DNA from: Octopus sinensis
Lineage: Eukaryota
DNA: 64,000 bases
Direction: 5' to 3'
Assembly: GCF_006345805.1 (NCBI RefSeq)
Contig: NC_043019.1
Location: 27,961,360-28,025,359 of the forward strand
In this document: piece by piece, positions 1 through 12,289 of the stretch
How positions within the stretch are numbered: position 1 is the first letter of the stretch
Layout: every line of letters begins with the position of its first letter
Translations under genes and position numbers: made by a program
The notes under the pieces: generated by a model
Seen by the model: only the letters and a program-made list of their open reading frames with translations
What the model was told of the DNA's origin: nothing
Database searches by the model: none

Positions 1-410
1 TGTTTTCTATGATGACGATGAGGTGGTGGTGGTGGTGGTGTGTTGGTTGCTAAATAAGGTGAGATCTGGACTGGACGCTGCATGTGGGAGGGAGGGCACT
101 TTGTGCTACAGCTCTGAACACCTACTGACCTTCTGCAAACTGCTCACATTACTCACACTCACTAAATACATTCTGGACTGTGTCCAAAGAAAGGTCATCC
201 AACCTTCACACCATCACTGTTGCCATTGCACCATTTCACACAACAGCCTATCTCTCCACCACCTGACCCAACACGCCCCTTAATCCTCTTTTCCATCACC
301 ATCATGCCCACCTCCACCAAAAGTGTAAACCCTCCTCCCCAAATAAAAACAAACCAACCACTACTCTTGTTTCATCTATAATCAGGTCTTGAATTCAAAC
401 AATAGATACA

Positions 411-1160
411 GCCATGGCTGTGTGGTAAGAAGTTTGTTTCCCAAACACATGGTTCCAGGTTCAGTCCCACTGCATGGCACCTTGGGCAAGTGTCTTTTAT
501 TATAACCTCGAGCCAAGTAAAGCTTTGAGTGGATTTAGCAGATGGAAATTGAAAGAAGCTCATCACACACACATACACACATATATATGCGCAGGCATGG
601 CTGTATGGTAAAAGGCCTGCTTCCCAACCACATGGTTCTAGGTTCAGTCCCACTGTGTGGCACCTTGGGCAGGTGCCTTCTACTATAGCCTCAAGCCAAT
701 CAAAGCCTTGTGAGTGGATTTGGGTGATGGAGACTGAAAGAAGCCCATCGTATATATGTTACAGATATTTATATATCCTTGTGTGAGTCTTTGTGTTTGT
801 CTCCCATCACCACCAATCAACAACTGTTGTTGGTTTGTTTGCATCCCTGTAACTTAGCAGTTCAGCAAAATGAGGCCAACAGAATAAGTATCAGGCTTCC
901 AAAAGAAAAATATATACTGGTGTCGATTCATTCAACTGACACCCTTCAAGGTGGTGCCCCAGTCTGGCCACAGTCCAATAACTGAAATAAGTAAAAGAAA
1001 GATAAAAGATAATTGGTCAAGCATACTTTTAATGACCATTCCTTTGATTCGTTTGACCAACAACCTTCAAGGCAGTTCCCCAGCATGGCCATAGTCCAAT
1101 AATTGAAACAAGTAAAAGAAAGTTAAAAGATAATTGGTCAAGCATACATTTAACGACCAT
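411..1160 (+). mobile_element. two tandem tRNA-headed SINEs (family 1, CORE-like) with a ~120-bp duplicated tail
   Basis: A-box-like tggctgtgtgg, B-box-like ggttcagtccc and the CORE-like core caccttgggcaagtgtct. The tail segment is repeated at about 925 and 1047. Confidence 0.8.
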
Positions 1161-1169
1161 TATCCTCTG

Positions 1170-1400
1170 TCCAGTCAAATTAGTCACCAAACACAGTCCA
1201 GTTACCACTGACCTTACCTGTTATTTTCTCCCTTTCCAGCTGGTCAACTTCTCTTTCTCTTTCCTCTGGTATCTCAACTCTGCAGTCCAGCCACATTCTA
1301 TACATTCTACTGGCCAACAGGCCTCTTCGGCTCTGTTGTCCAGTTCCTGAGCCAAACTCTTTCCACTGACCTCTCAGCAGTGCTGTCCAGCTACAGTGAC
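1170..1400 (-). mobile_element. degenerate RTE-type LINE 3' coding relic
   Basis: Frameshifted reading gives WTA..VEIP / RGKRKRS*PAGK..ENN / KVSGNW / DRG*W, matching the RTE C-terminal pattern PRGKRxRGRPxxRWxDDI...DRxxW. Confidence 0.5.
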
Positions 1401-1466
1401 TAATTAAAGCAATCAAGTCCACCAGTTGTCTATATATATATATATTATATATATATATATATATAT

Positions 1467-1604
1467 TTATAACAATAAGGGTCTTTGCAACAAGTTGCTT
1501 GGCTACATACCGAAAATTTTAGAAATAGCAGCCAGAGAACTGCTATTTCTAAAATTTTCGGTATGTAGTCAAGCAACTTGTTGCAAGGACCCTTATTGTT
1601 ATAA
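1467..1604. repeat. foldback palindrome with 65-bp arms and an 8-nt loop
   Basis: 1467-1531 is the reverse complement of 1540-1604 with 2 mismatches. Loop is ccagagaa. Confidence 0.95.
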
Positions 1605-1734
1605 TTATATAAACTTTTACCGAATATGGTCCTTTTCCATACCGTAGTGCAACTAGGTGAAATTTGTTGATTTTATTAAATTAATTATATTTCACCCTTT
1701 ATCTGTAATGATTATATATATATATATATATATA

Positions 1735-1952
1735 TGAGGAGGTGCTGAAAAGTTCCTAGCTTTGGCTAAAAGGAAAATACAAGAGGACCAGTTAATTATG
1801 ATTTTATTCAACATATTCCTCTCTCAGATTCATATATTTATAGCAGTGGTCCTTCACTTTTTTTAAGCCCTGTGAAAGGACTCGGAAGGTTGAGCCTCCA
1901 ACTGGGCCTTTTGTGATACTCTTAAAGCCAGGAACTTTTCAGAACCCTCTTG
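1735..1952. mobile_element. Tc1/mariner-derived MITE (~218 bp)
   Basis: TIRs tgaggaggtgctgaaaagttcctagcttt and aaagccaggaacttttcagaaccctcttg, inserted in (TA)n. Partial copies near 21424, 40625 and 42550. Confidence 0.75.
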
Positions 1953-2119
1953 TGTGTGTGTGTGTCTGTTTTTTTCCCTATGGTTTCATAGTATTCCAAT
2001 TTCCCACCCACCCCAGCCTGGTCCAGTGCTGTGTTGGCACTAGAACCGAGTTGTCTGTTTTTCTTTGTTTCTGTTGTTTTTTTGTTGTTGTTGTTTTTTG
2101 TTTGTTTTTGTATTCCAAT

Positions 2120-2630
2120 GTCTAATAATGGTTGTGACGGTGGTGGTAGTGATTACTGCATTAGTGGAAGTAGTGTGATAGTACATGTAATGGTGGTGGT
2201 GGTGGTGGTAGCAGTAATACTGATACTAATAATGGTGGTGCTTGCTATAGTGATGGTGGTAATGGTCATAGTAGTAATGATAGTTGTGGTGGTAGTGGTT
2301 GCAGTGGTGACTGCAGTAGTAGTAATGGTAGTGGTGGTGGTGGTGGTAGCAGTAATAGCGATACTAATAATGGTGGTGCTTGCTATAGTGATGGTGGTAA
2401 TGGTCATAGTAGTAGTGGTGGTGGTGGTTGCAGTGGTGACTGCAGTAGCAGTAGTAGTAATGGTAGTGGTAAATTACTGCTGTGACAGCTATCGTAGTGG
2501 GCGGTGGTCTTAGTGCTAGTAATTGCAGTGTTCTGTTGTTGCAAAGCAGAGGATGTAGTTGTTGTTGTTGTCGTTGTGACGATAGCAGTGGTTGTGTTTA
2601 TGTATGTGTGGTGGTGGTGGGCTGTGGTAG
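2120..2630. repeat. (GTG/GTA)n low-complexity tract with an internal ~140-bp duplication
   Basis: Poly-Val and poly-Thr ORFs in the track. The block gcagtaata..gatactaataatggtggtgcttgctatagtg occurs twice. Confidence 0.85.
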
Positions 2631-2880
2631 AGGAAAGGAAATAGATATATATATAAGATAGATTTTGGTTTAAGTGTGGAAGAGGGGGGTTTCCTGTGAG
2701 TAGAAAATGAAAATTGGTGCCACTACTTAACGAAAAGAAGTGCGGTGGGGGACAGTTCTACAAGAGCTTTTTTCTTCTTCTTTCTAGTACAACCTAGTGT
2801 CACTCACACATACAAGCACAAACACACACATGCACATACATATATACATACATATATATACATATGTATGTGTGTGTATT

Positions 2881-2912
<32 letters not shown>

Positions 2913-2994
2913 AACACACACGCGTGTACAAATATATATATATATATATGTGTGTGTGTGTACATATGTATAGACATATAAGTGTGTGTGTGTA

Positions 2995-3391
2995 TTCTTT
3001 TATTCTTTTACTTGTTTCAGTCATTTGGCTGTGGCCATACTGGAGCACCGCCTTTAGTCGAGCAAATCGACCCCAGGACTTATTCTATCGGTCTCTATTG
3101 CTGAACCGCTAAGTTATGGGGATGTAAACACACCAGCATCGTTTGTCAAGCAATGTTGCGGGGAGTCAAACACAGACACAAACATACATGCAAGCACATA
3201 CATACATATATATATACATACACATACACACGACAGGCTTCTTTCAGCTTCCATCTACCAAATCCACTCACAAGACTTTAGTCAGCCCGAAGCTATAGTA
3301 GAAGATACTTGCCCAAGGTGTCACACAGTAGGACTGAACACAGAGCCATGTGGTTGGTAAGCAAGCTACTTACCACACAGCCACTCCTGCA

Positions 3392-3392
<1 letters not shown>
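2995..3392 (-). mobile_element. family 1 SINE
   Basis: Reverse complement of the same head and tail consensus seen at 7264, 20617 and 26072. Confidence 0.8.
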
Positions 3393-3424
<32 letters not shown>

Positions 3425-3427
<3 letters not shown>

Positions 3428-3711
3428 CATGACCGACCAGGCTATCAGATGTTGTTAAACATCGCTGGTCACAATGCGCTTCGCATTGGTTTAGCCTTCA
3501 AATGACGCCACCCCGCTGGCTAAGCGAGCAGGCCTAGAGAAGAAAGAGTGAGAGAACGTTGTGGCGAAAGAGTACAGCAGGGATCGCCGCCACCCCCTGC
3601 CGGAGCCTCGTGGAGCTTTAGATGTTTTCGCTCAATAAACACTCACAATGCCCGGTCTGGGAATCGAAACCGCGAGTCCGCTGCCCTAACCACTGGGCCA
3701 TTGCGCCTCCA
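3425..3711 (-). mobile_element. family 2 tRNA-headed SINE
   Basis: Head ggaggcgcaatggcccagtggttagggcagcgg...gtttcgattccc. Near-identical copies at 23160-23443 (-) and 53482-53744 (+). Confidence 0.85.
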
Positions 3712-5024
3712 CATATATATATATATATATACATACACACATACATGTATACACATATATATATTGTCTGTATGCATGTATATTTTCACATGCACACAAA
3801 CTGTACCCAGACCTACTTCCCATTTACTTCTGCCATCAAGCTGTTACATAACAAAACTCTGTACACAGAGAAGACGGTGGTTCCACATGGCCTTACCAAT
3901 GATTGTGAAAACAAACTTCAAGAAAAAAAAGGAACTAAATAACATTTTTTTTTCTAACACTGCCATCATAGCCTTCCACTCACACAAACACTGAGAGATC
4001 TACTTCTTTATGATTGACGCTGGCATCCACAAACTGTTATGTAACACAGTTATATATATATAGTTTTTTATATTGCATCATCACACTCTTACATACACAC
4101 ACACACACACATTCTCGCACATACTTATTCTTTTTTCACACACACACATAATATGTACATAGAATCACATACATGTAATAATGTATGTAAGCACACACAT
4201 GCATATAAACACATGTACATAAGCACGCATACAAGGACACACACACTCACACTCACACATTCATAAGACAGGGAATCTCTGTAAGTCAATCGACCTGCTA
4301 GAAATAGCAGCCAAATCACTGTCACATCAGACTTCACCGTCCTACAGGAAAACGAAGAGGTGGGACGTCCATGGCTGGAACGCCTTTGATTATAGGATTA
4401 TTTTGATCAGTGCCAAAGACCTGAAACAACTCGTGTGCGCATACAGATTCACAGATATACTCACACAAACACACACATTCGCATACACACACACACACAC
4501 ACAAATATTTCTAATACTTTAGCAGCAGCTGCAAGAATAACAACAACAATAACAACAAAGAGACAACCTTTATCAGTGTTGGGTTTCCAAACATCCTTAT
4601 ACATAGCACAGCAGTATGGTTTGGTAGTCTGTAAGGTGATAGCCTCCACCACCGGCACCACTACCATCATCATCATCATCAGAAGCAGCAACAGCACTAT
4701 TGCCAGCTTCATCATAACTTCTCTACCATCATCGCATCCTCTTATCCACCACCATCACCACCACCACCACAGATATCTTTGGGCTGGCTCTAAAGAAATT
4801 TATTTTTTATTTTCTTTCCCTGTAATCTTAATCTGGATTTATTCACCCTCACTGCCACCACCACCACACCACCACCACCATGACCCTAACCCCATCTCCT
4901 CCAACCTACCCCTCCATCGGTACCACAACACCACCACCACCACCACTACTGCAGCCATTCTATCACTTCTATAGTCACACCACTATCGTCCACACCACCA
5001 CCACCATAACAGTTATCATCATCA

Positions 5025-5215
5025 TTGTTGTCATCATTTAACATCTGCTTTCCATGCTGGCATGGGTTGGATGGTTTAATAGGTGCTGGTGAACCAGAAG
5101 ACTGTACCAAGCTCTGCTGTCTGCTTTGGTGTGGTTTCTACAGCTGGATGCCCTTCCTAATGTCAGTCACTTTACAAAGTGTAACTGGGTGCTTTTTTAT
5201 GTGGCACCGGCATTA
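5025..5215 (-). mobile_element. abundant interspersed repeat with a (GAT)n tail, probably a non-LTR retrotransposon 3' end
   Basis: aggaagggcatccagctgtagaaac...ccatgccagcatggaaagcagatgttaaatgatg. Other copies near 12735, 19470, 27480, 37035, 40270, 43095 and 58945. Confidence 0.7.
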
Positions 5216-5403
5216 ATGAAGCCACCAAATAATTTACAGAACAAGATCCTGCAACTGGGGTGGGGGGTGAGGAGTAATAATGAGGAAGGTGGTTTTGTGT
5301 CAGGAGATGAAGGGTTAATGCATGAATTGAAGGACAGAAATAGGTATCTTGCTATAGAGGAGAAACATGGCTGCCTCAACAAGAGAGAGAGAGCAAAGGG
5401 AGT

Positions 5404-5635
5404 TAAGGTGGCGAGCTGGCAGAAACGTTAGCACGTCGGGCGAAATGCTTAGCGGTATTTCATCTGCCGCTACGTTTTGAGTTCAAATTCCACCAAGGTC
5501 AACTTTGCCTTTCATCCTTTCAGGGTCGATTAAATAAGTAAGTTATGCACTGGGGTCGATATAATCGGCTTAATCCGTTTGTCTGTCTTTATTTGTCCTC
5601 TTTGTGTTTAGCCCTTTGTGGGTAGTAAAGAAATA
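5404..5635 (+). mobile_element. family 4 SINE
   Basis: ggtggcgagctggcagaaacgttagcac...gagttcaaattcc...caactttgcctttcatcctttcagggtcgat. Other copies at 25342, 32575, 43880, 44135, 45005 and 56335. Confidence 0.8.
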
Positions 5636-6375
5636 AGAAAGAGGGCAGATAGAGAAAAGAGAGAGAGAGAGCAGAGAAATAGAGAGAGGAGAAGGAGAAG
5701 CTGGTGAAGCTGTGATGGTGGAGTTACATTGCAGTTAGAGGGTGGTGTATGGATGTGCAGTGAGACAAAGGGTTGGAAAGAGAGTGTATGAGTGGGGAAG
5801 TTTACAAGGCTGCAAAAGGAGAATGCAAGTTAGATAGGAGGGAATGCAGTGAGGGGACATTAACAGAAGGCAGGCCTTTTAGGTGGATATGCTGTGGGGA
5901 AGAGATTCTACAAGGACACACTGTAAAGGTAGGTTCATAGGGATGCTAAGGGAGTGTGAGAAACAGAGGGGAAGGGGCATACAGCAAATGCTCCTTATTT
6001 CCAACCATCTGTCCATGTACCCAAGTGATTGGACTTGGTCCCTACTTCTTGGGTGTTTGTTGATGCAGTTCTCCTGTTTTACTTATGTCAAAAGTTAGAC
6101 CCAGACCCTCATGTTTCTGTGAAAACGTTGAAGTCGCATTAACTGTATGTTTGGTATTGAGTGTTTACTGAAGTTCACTGATTGATGTAGTTGTGGTCTT
6201 TATTCTGGCACTGAGTCTACTAGAGTTAAGTAGGTTACCCTCTGTGTTGTATGAGAGCAGGACTCCATGTTTGAGTTTACCCCTAATGGACTTGAACATA
6301 TCTGAGAGAGGAAAACGGAAAGGAGAAGAAGGATAATCTCCTGCTTTTCTCTTGTTCTCATTTTCAAACCAATTT

Positions 6376-6797
6376 GGGATCTTTTCGGTTTGAATGGCAG
6401 TTTTTAACATAATTTCTAGGTAACTAAAAAATTTTAAACTTCGTATACTGGTAGAATGTGTTTATAAAACATCCTTTTCTCTTGGCTTTATTGAGAAAAT
6501 TCTATAGTTTGTAAGATATTTGTTGTTTTTTTTCCTCAATTTCTGCAATTTCAATCAATCACTGACATCTATTGAGGTAAAAAAACATTCTGTGCCATAT
6601 GAACATGTCCCTCATTTAAGAAACAGATTGGGTTTATTTACATTTGTGAAGAAAAAAAGATACCCTTCCCCAACCCTAACTAACCCTAACCCTAAAACAG
6701 ATTGAAATGCAATAGATCGATACTAGGGTCATAATTATGGGTGACAATTTCAAATGACACTGCTAGAAAAAACTGCCGTTCAAACCAAGAAGATCCC
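6376..6797. mobile_element. MITE with 30-bp TIRs, 6-bp TSD (CAATTT) and internal (CCCTAA)-like repeats
   Basis: GGGATCTTTTCGGTTTGAATGGCAGTTTTT versus the reverse complement of the right end shows 3 mismatches. caattt is present at 6370-6375 and 6798-6803. Confidence 0.8.
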
Positions 6798-7044
6798 CAA
6801 TTTGTTGTGCAAAGCGATGGGGATAAATTTCTGTGGCCAGTCAAGTTTGGTCCCTACTTTCCACAGGCCACCATGATTCATGAAATCAAATAGCTTAATG
6901 AAGTCAAAAAAAGCCAAGGGCAGCAGTTTTTATTGCTCATAGCATTTCTCCTGTACTTGGGGAGCGCAGATCATATCAATAGTGACGGTGGAAGGTCAAA
7001 AGCCCAGCCTGAGATTCTGCTCTGATGAGAGAAATCAGTTATTC

Positions 7045-7850
7045 TTTTATTTGTTTCAGTCATTTGACTGTGGCCATGCTGGAGTACCACCTTTAGTCGA
7101 ACAAATCAACACCAGGACTTATTCTTTGTAAGCCTAGTACTTATTCTACCAGTCTCTTTTGCCGAACTGCTAAGTTACAGGTATATAAACACTAGCATTG
7201 GTTGTCAAATGATAGTGGGCAGACAAATATGGACACACAATCATACACAGACACACATATATAGGCGCAGGAGTGGCTGTGTGGTAAGTAGCTTGCTAAC
7301 CAACCACATGGTTCTGGGTTCAGTCCCACTGTGTGGCATCTTGGGCAAGTGTCTTCTGCTATAGCCCCGGGCCGACCAATGCCTTGTGAGTAGATTTGGT
7401 AGACGGAAACTGAAAGAAGCCCGTCGTATATATTTATATATATATATATAAGTGTGTGTGTATATGTTTGTGTGTCTGTGTTTGTCCCCCTAGCATTGCT
7501 TGACAACCGATGCTGGTGTGTTCACGTCCCCGTAACTTAACGGTTCAGCAAAAGGGACCGATAGAATAAGTACTGGGCTTACAAAGAATAAGTCCTGGGA
7601 TCGATTTGCTCGACTAAAGGCAGTGCTCCAGCATGGCCGCAGTCAAATGACTGAAACAAGTAGAAGAGTAAGAGTAAGAGTAAATATACATATATATAGG
7701 ACAGGCTTCTTTCAGTTTCCATCTATCAAATCCACTTGCAAGGCTTGGTCGATCCGAGGCTGTAATGGAAGACACTTGCCCAAGGTGCCATACAGTGGGA
7801 AAACCTGGAACCATATGGTTGGGAAGCAAACTTCTTACCACACAGCCAGA
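7045..7850. mobile_element. cluster of family 1 SINEs in -, +, - orientation
   Basis: Partial - copy 7045-7260, full + copy 7264-7665, - head 7700-7850. Confidence 0.8.
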
Positions 7851-10208
7851 CATCTTCCAGTAATTCACGAAACAGATTCTTCTTAGTTGCCTTTATTGAA
7901 AAAGAATCATAATAATAGTTGCAACTTTAAGATGGCTGACCAGCTTTTCACATTCAGATTAGCAGAAACAGCACAGGAAACTTTATTGTTAATGTTTCGT
8001 TCTCAAGCTTGTATATCTCAGCCAGGATCTCAACAGACAGAGGTACATTGTTGTTGTCAGGAAGCCGACTGCTCTGGTTTAGTTTCTGCAATGTCAGGAG
8101 GGGGTAATCGTTCACCAGTGCACTATATGTTATCCAAAGATCTTTTGATGGTTTCACAGTTACAACTAAGCAAATATTTGGATTGTTCTCTCCACTGATT
8201 GTTAACTACTGCTTGTTCTTTCATAACCTTTTTCCCTTGTCTTTACATCTAAAATCTCTACAAGCTATTGGGTCTGTTGTACTAAGGCCATACACTGTTA
8301 TGGTTACATTAAACAAACATCATGTCGTCTACGTCAAGATTTCAGCTGTTTTGGTCTTCCACCAGTTGTTTCTTCATTATATATCTTTGTTTCTAAACTG
8401 AAGCCTTACTCTATTGGCAAGCTTTTGTTTTTGGGCTTCCTACTTTTGTCATTTTGGGAGATATTAAAAGCCTTTCACCATTGATTACTAGAATGTTTGT
8501 TATTGGGTGGCTCTTCTAAAATTATGACCATCTGATATTTATTACAGACTGGGCTGGGCTTGGCTGTTCTAAAATTTTGGAATACAGGAACATGTGGTCC
8601 TGATATCAAAGACAGCAGGGTGTTTGCAAAAGACAGTTCTTAGTTGTTGCATCTGTAGTAACTCAACTTCCCATACTGGTACAGGCTTTCTAAAAACAGC
8701 ATCAAACACTGGCTGGCTAGCTGGACAAATATTTCCTATATTAGTATGAATGTATACTATATATATGTGTGTGTGTGTGTATTAAGTTAATTTTTCAACA
8801 GTTAAGAATTTAAGTATGAATTATATAAGATATTTATGAGCATCAACTCTAAGACAGGATAAAAGGAAGCAAGCCCTCCCATGGGACTTGAACCGCACAT
8901 CTGTCACGTACTAGGTGAACACATTACCCAGTCCCATGGAATTAGACAATGTTTTTCTGCTCTAGATTAGTACTCATAAATGTCATGCATACACACACAC
9001 ACACATATACACACATATATACACAAACTCATGCATACACATATGTTCATACATATATGTGTGTTTGTATTTTATATATGTGTGTGTGTTTTATTTATAT
9101 ATATATATATATATATATTATAGGTACATGTGATTGCTTCCCAATCACATGATTCTGGGTTCAGTCCTACTGCATGGCACCTTGGACAAGTGTCTTTGAT
9201 TATAGCTTCAGGCCAACCAAAGCCTTGATGACATTTTCGGACAACTGTCTGTCTGTATGTATGTATGTCTGTCTGCTGTCTCTCCTATTTTTTAATTATT
9301 ATAAATCTTCCACCGATGATACAAAGATACAAGGCTCCATCTTTGGGATATAGTTAACACAGACAAATTCACATTTGGAATTTGAGAAAAGTCTTGCATA
9401 TTTTTACTGGTGGTCACATTTGGAATGCTTTCAATCATAAATCCTTTAAAGTGCTGAGCCAACTGGTGGCAGGAGCAGAGGATGTCAGCCTCAATGCCAC
9501 CGTCACCGCTACCGCCCACACTTTGGTAAACTAAGTTTCTTTAGTGGTACACCGATGTCACAAGAGAATCAACCGTGTCCAGCCCACCACCACTACCACC
9601 ATAATTAGTGTTGAAATTACTACCACTTCCTGCTGTCACCCGTACTGTAGCAGTTACTACCACCACCACCACACTTCCATTATCTGTGCTATGATTAATT
9701 ACCACTACTACTACTAAAACAGTTCACCAACAACAGCTGACATACTACTACTTTTTCTAGCACAACAACTTCTATTAGAGTTGCAATTATAAAACTATGC
9801 CATCACCACAAGGTTCGCCAGTGCTGCAATTAATACCATTGACACACATACTACTATCTCATCTACTACTATTACCACTAATACTTCCTCTACTATTGCC
9901 CCTACTACAGAAATGATCAAAGCTATAATTACCACCCTCACCACTCTCACCTCTATCACAGGAGGTGCAATTATTTCTGAGAGAGACAAGTGACCCATAT
10001 CTCCTATTTAAAAATTGTCTCAAACATCAACACAGCACTACCTTTACAAACGCTAACATGCTTACATCATCCCACTACCATCACTACCCAAATACTATGT
10101 GTCCCTATATATCTAATCCACCAAACATACCACCACTGGCCCCCAGTATAACATCACAAACCTTAATCTACCTCAACTGGCTCCCAACTTACTACAACTG
10201 GCCCAAAC

Positions 10209-10408
10209 ACACCACAACTGATCACAATATAACATCACTAGCCCCAACATAACACCACTAGCTCCAACACACCACAATTGGCCCCAAATAATATCACTAG
10301 CCCCAACATGATATCACTAGCTCCCAGAGACCACAACTGGCACCAACATAACATCACTAGCCCCCAACTTAATACCACTAGCCCCAACACACCACAACTG
10401 GCCCCAAC
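10209..10408. repeat. 20-bp minisatellite with a 60-bp higher-order period
   Basis: Units A (ataacatcactagccccaac) and B (acaccacaactggccccaac) arranged B-A-A-B-A-A-B-A-A-B. Confidence 0.9.
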
Positions 10409-10507
10409 ATATAATGAGCAAATAATTTAGGTAGGCTGTGGGCATTAATAAAAGGAAATTAACAGACTTCATTGCATTTAAGTAATATGTAAAAATATTT
10501 CCACAAC

Positions 10508-10592
<85 letters not shown>

Positions 10593-10970
10593 TATATGCA
10601 ATGTGTATGTGTGTTTCTGCAGTTGTACATAAGTTTTGATTTTCCATGCTTGTCACCACTTGAGCAAAACAGTGGCGATGACATTCCTTGTTGACACTGT
10701 GACTGAACTTTCTCTGTTTTGAAACATCTGACCCATGCTAGCAGAGAAAAATAAATGTAAAATGACAACGAACGTGTGTGTGTGTGTGTCAACATATACA
10801 CCCACAACAACGCTAGTAGCTTAAGAGTAAAATTTAGGATTTCTCAGGTTTTCTGTGAATCATTATTTTATAAAACTTTTCCCAGCTGGCTTGCACACTA
10901 TGGCAACACCATTGTTATGTTTTCCTTATTCTGTGGTCCTGGTGTATGTGTGTGTATGTGTATTCATGTA

Positions 10971-11014
<44 letters not shown>

Positions 11015-11468
11015 ATATTAATAAATAAAACATATGCATATATATAAACATATATGTACGTACCTACCTCTACATGTATATATACACGCATATATGAGTA
11101 CAGGACACCAAAAAGACGTCGAACACAATGAGAAACGAAAACATAGACACAAACCCAAGGAACAGGACATTTTTTTAAACAACAAAAAAATAGAGTACAG
11201 GACAATTAACACAAAAAAAAACCCCTTCTTCAGTCGCCATGGTTTCATCTACTCTACGTTTCGAAGGTGAAGGCGAGACGTATCTTCGATAAGAAACTTT
11301 CCTTCCTGCGAAAAGCAAATCAATTAAAATTTGAGATCTTTTCGCAGAGGGGTAAAAATGGTAACAAAAACAGGACAGTAACGACAGTACAAATTATAAA
11401 CAGTAAAAGACAGGACAAGGAAAAACAAGATAAGAAGGGCTGTTAACGCCGAACGAAAAAAAGTATTA

Positions 11469-11522
<54 letters not shown>

Positions 11523-11654
11523 TTATGTGTACAGTGTGTTTGGGATGAATTTGACATTTCACATAGAAGGAAAGACAATATCCCATCCAAAAATAAAAGT
11601 ATTTTGAAAAATCAAAAAATCTGAACAAGGTTATGGCTGGGAGATAACAGTTCA

Positions 11655-12225
11655 TTCAGAGTGGCCACACCTTAGCTTCCACCATGGTCTGGAACCATGT
11701 GCATGCATTTCTTACTGTGCCCCTGGGCATACCTTGGTCTTGACCACCAGATCTGCCTCAGTGTTGCAGGCAGAGCGGTTGGTATCTTTCTCGACTCTGC
11801 TCCCCACCCCCACCCCTATGCACGGAGTAATCCATGAGATTATAATCCAGGGAATTAGGAAGAGCCAGGGAATTAGGAACCAGAAATTGGCACTGGTGAA
11901 GTCATAGAAATCCTCCGACAACCACTTCTGACCCTTTCTGCAGGTATAAGGAGCCAAATCCTACTACCACACATATGGCCTTCCAGCAGCAACCCTCTCC
12001 AGCCTGGATATGACCACAGTCTCCTGCAGCTTCACATAGCCTTTGAATTGAGCTTAAGGCCCTGTTCCATCAGTTGTTGGATGAATTCCGGTGTGCAAAC
12101 ACAGTCAGAACACCTGTTGCACCCTTTATTCTCTGGCCATAGCTTCATAGTCTCCATTGCAGCTGTCCATGTTCTCTCTATCCCCTTCTGGAGTAGTCAT
12201 GTATCTCCTTTACTGCAAGCAGTGC
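11655..12225 (-). mobile_element. Tc1/mariner (maT/DD37D-like) transposase relic, C-terminal part
   Basis: APYTCRKGQKWLSEDFYDFTSANFW...VEKDTNRSACNTEADLVVK. Homologous to 29463-30345. Confidence 0.7.
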
Positions 12226-12289
12226 TAGACTAACCATTAAGCAGAGCATCAAAGGAAATGGGTAGGGCATTACAGAAATGGTAGATGGT

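Larger units (their letters stand above)
6010..8740 (-). mobile_element. fragmented RTE-clade LINE ORF2, interrupted by a MITE and SINEs
   Basis: Degenerate peptides in the expected order: WWKTKTAEI..VYGL (8400-8290), AEIYKLENETLTIKFPVLFLLI (7990-7955), ESQAG..TIDMICAPQVQEKCYEQ..FFDFIKLFD..GLWKV (7030-6830), GVLLSYNTEGNLLNSSRLSARIKT..SISEL (6270-6170), GLTFDISKTGELHQ. Confidence 0.75.

Noticed and set aside
1218-1390. Exon-like segment on - with good splice sites and an open frame (WTALLRGQWKEFG...EKIT)
   Set aside because: Across frames it reproduces the RTE C-terminal signature (RGKRKR..P, KVSGNW, DR..W), so it is most likely a LINE relic. Spliced reads at 1218/1390 would reverse this.
3640-3711. 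tRNA-like sequences with A and B boxes (also 23380-23443, 49870-49940, 53482-53550)
   Set aside because: They are SINE heads continuing into family-specific bodies, with no complete cloverleaf or acceptor stem.
7887-8740. Coding-looking region with track ORFs and an AATAAA on -
   Set aside because: Explained as degenerate RTE ORF2 with multiple stops.
9292-9530. 75-aa ORF on - with repeated IPNV
   Set aside because: Weak splice signals, no recognisable homology, and probably an old repeat fragment.
11230-11300. Possible third hammerhead on - (TCGAAGA...CTTCGAAACGTAGAG, with a nearby CTGAAGA)
   Set aside because: The core and stem I are too degenerate, and the CTGAAGA has no downstream GAAA in register.
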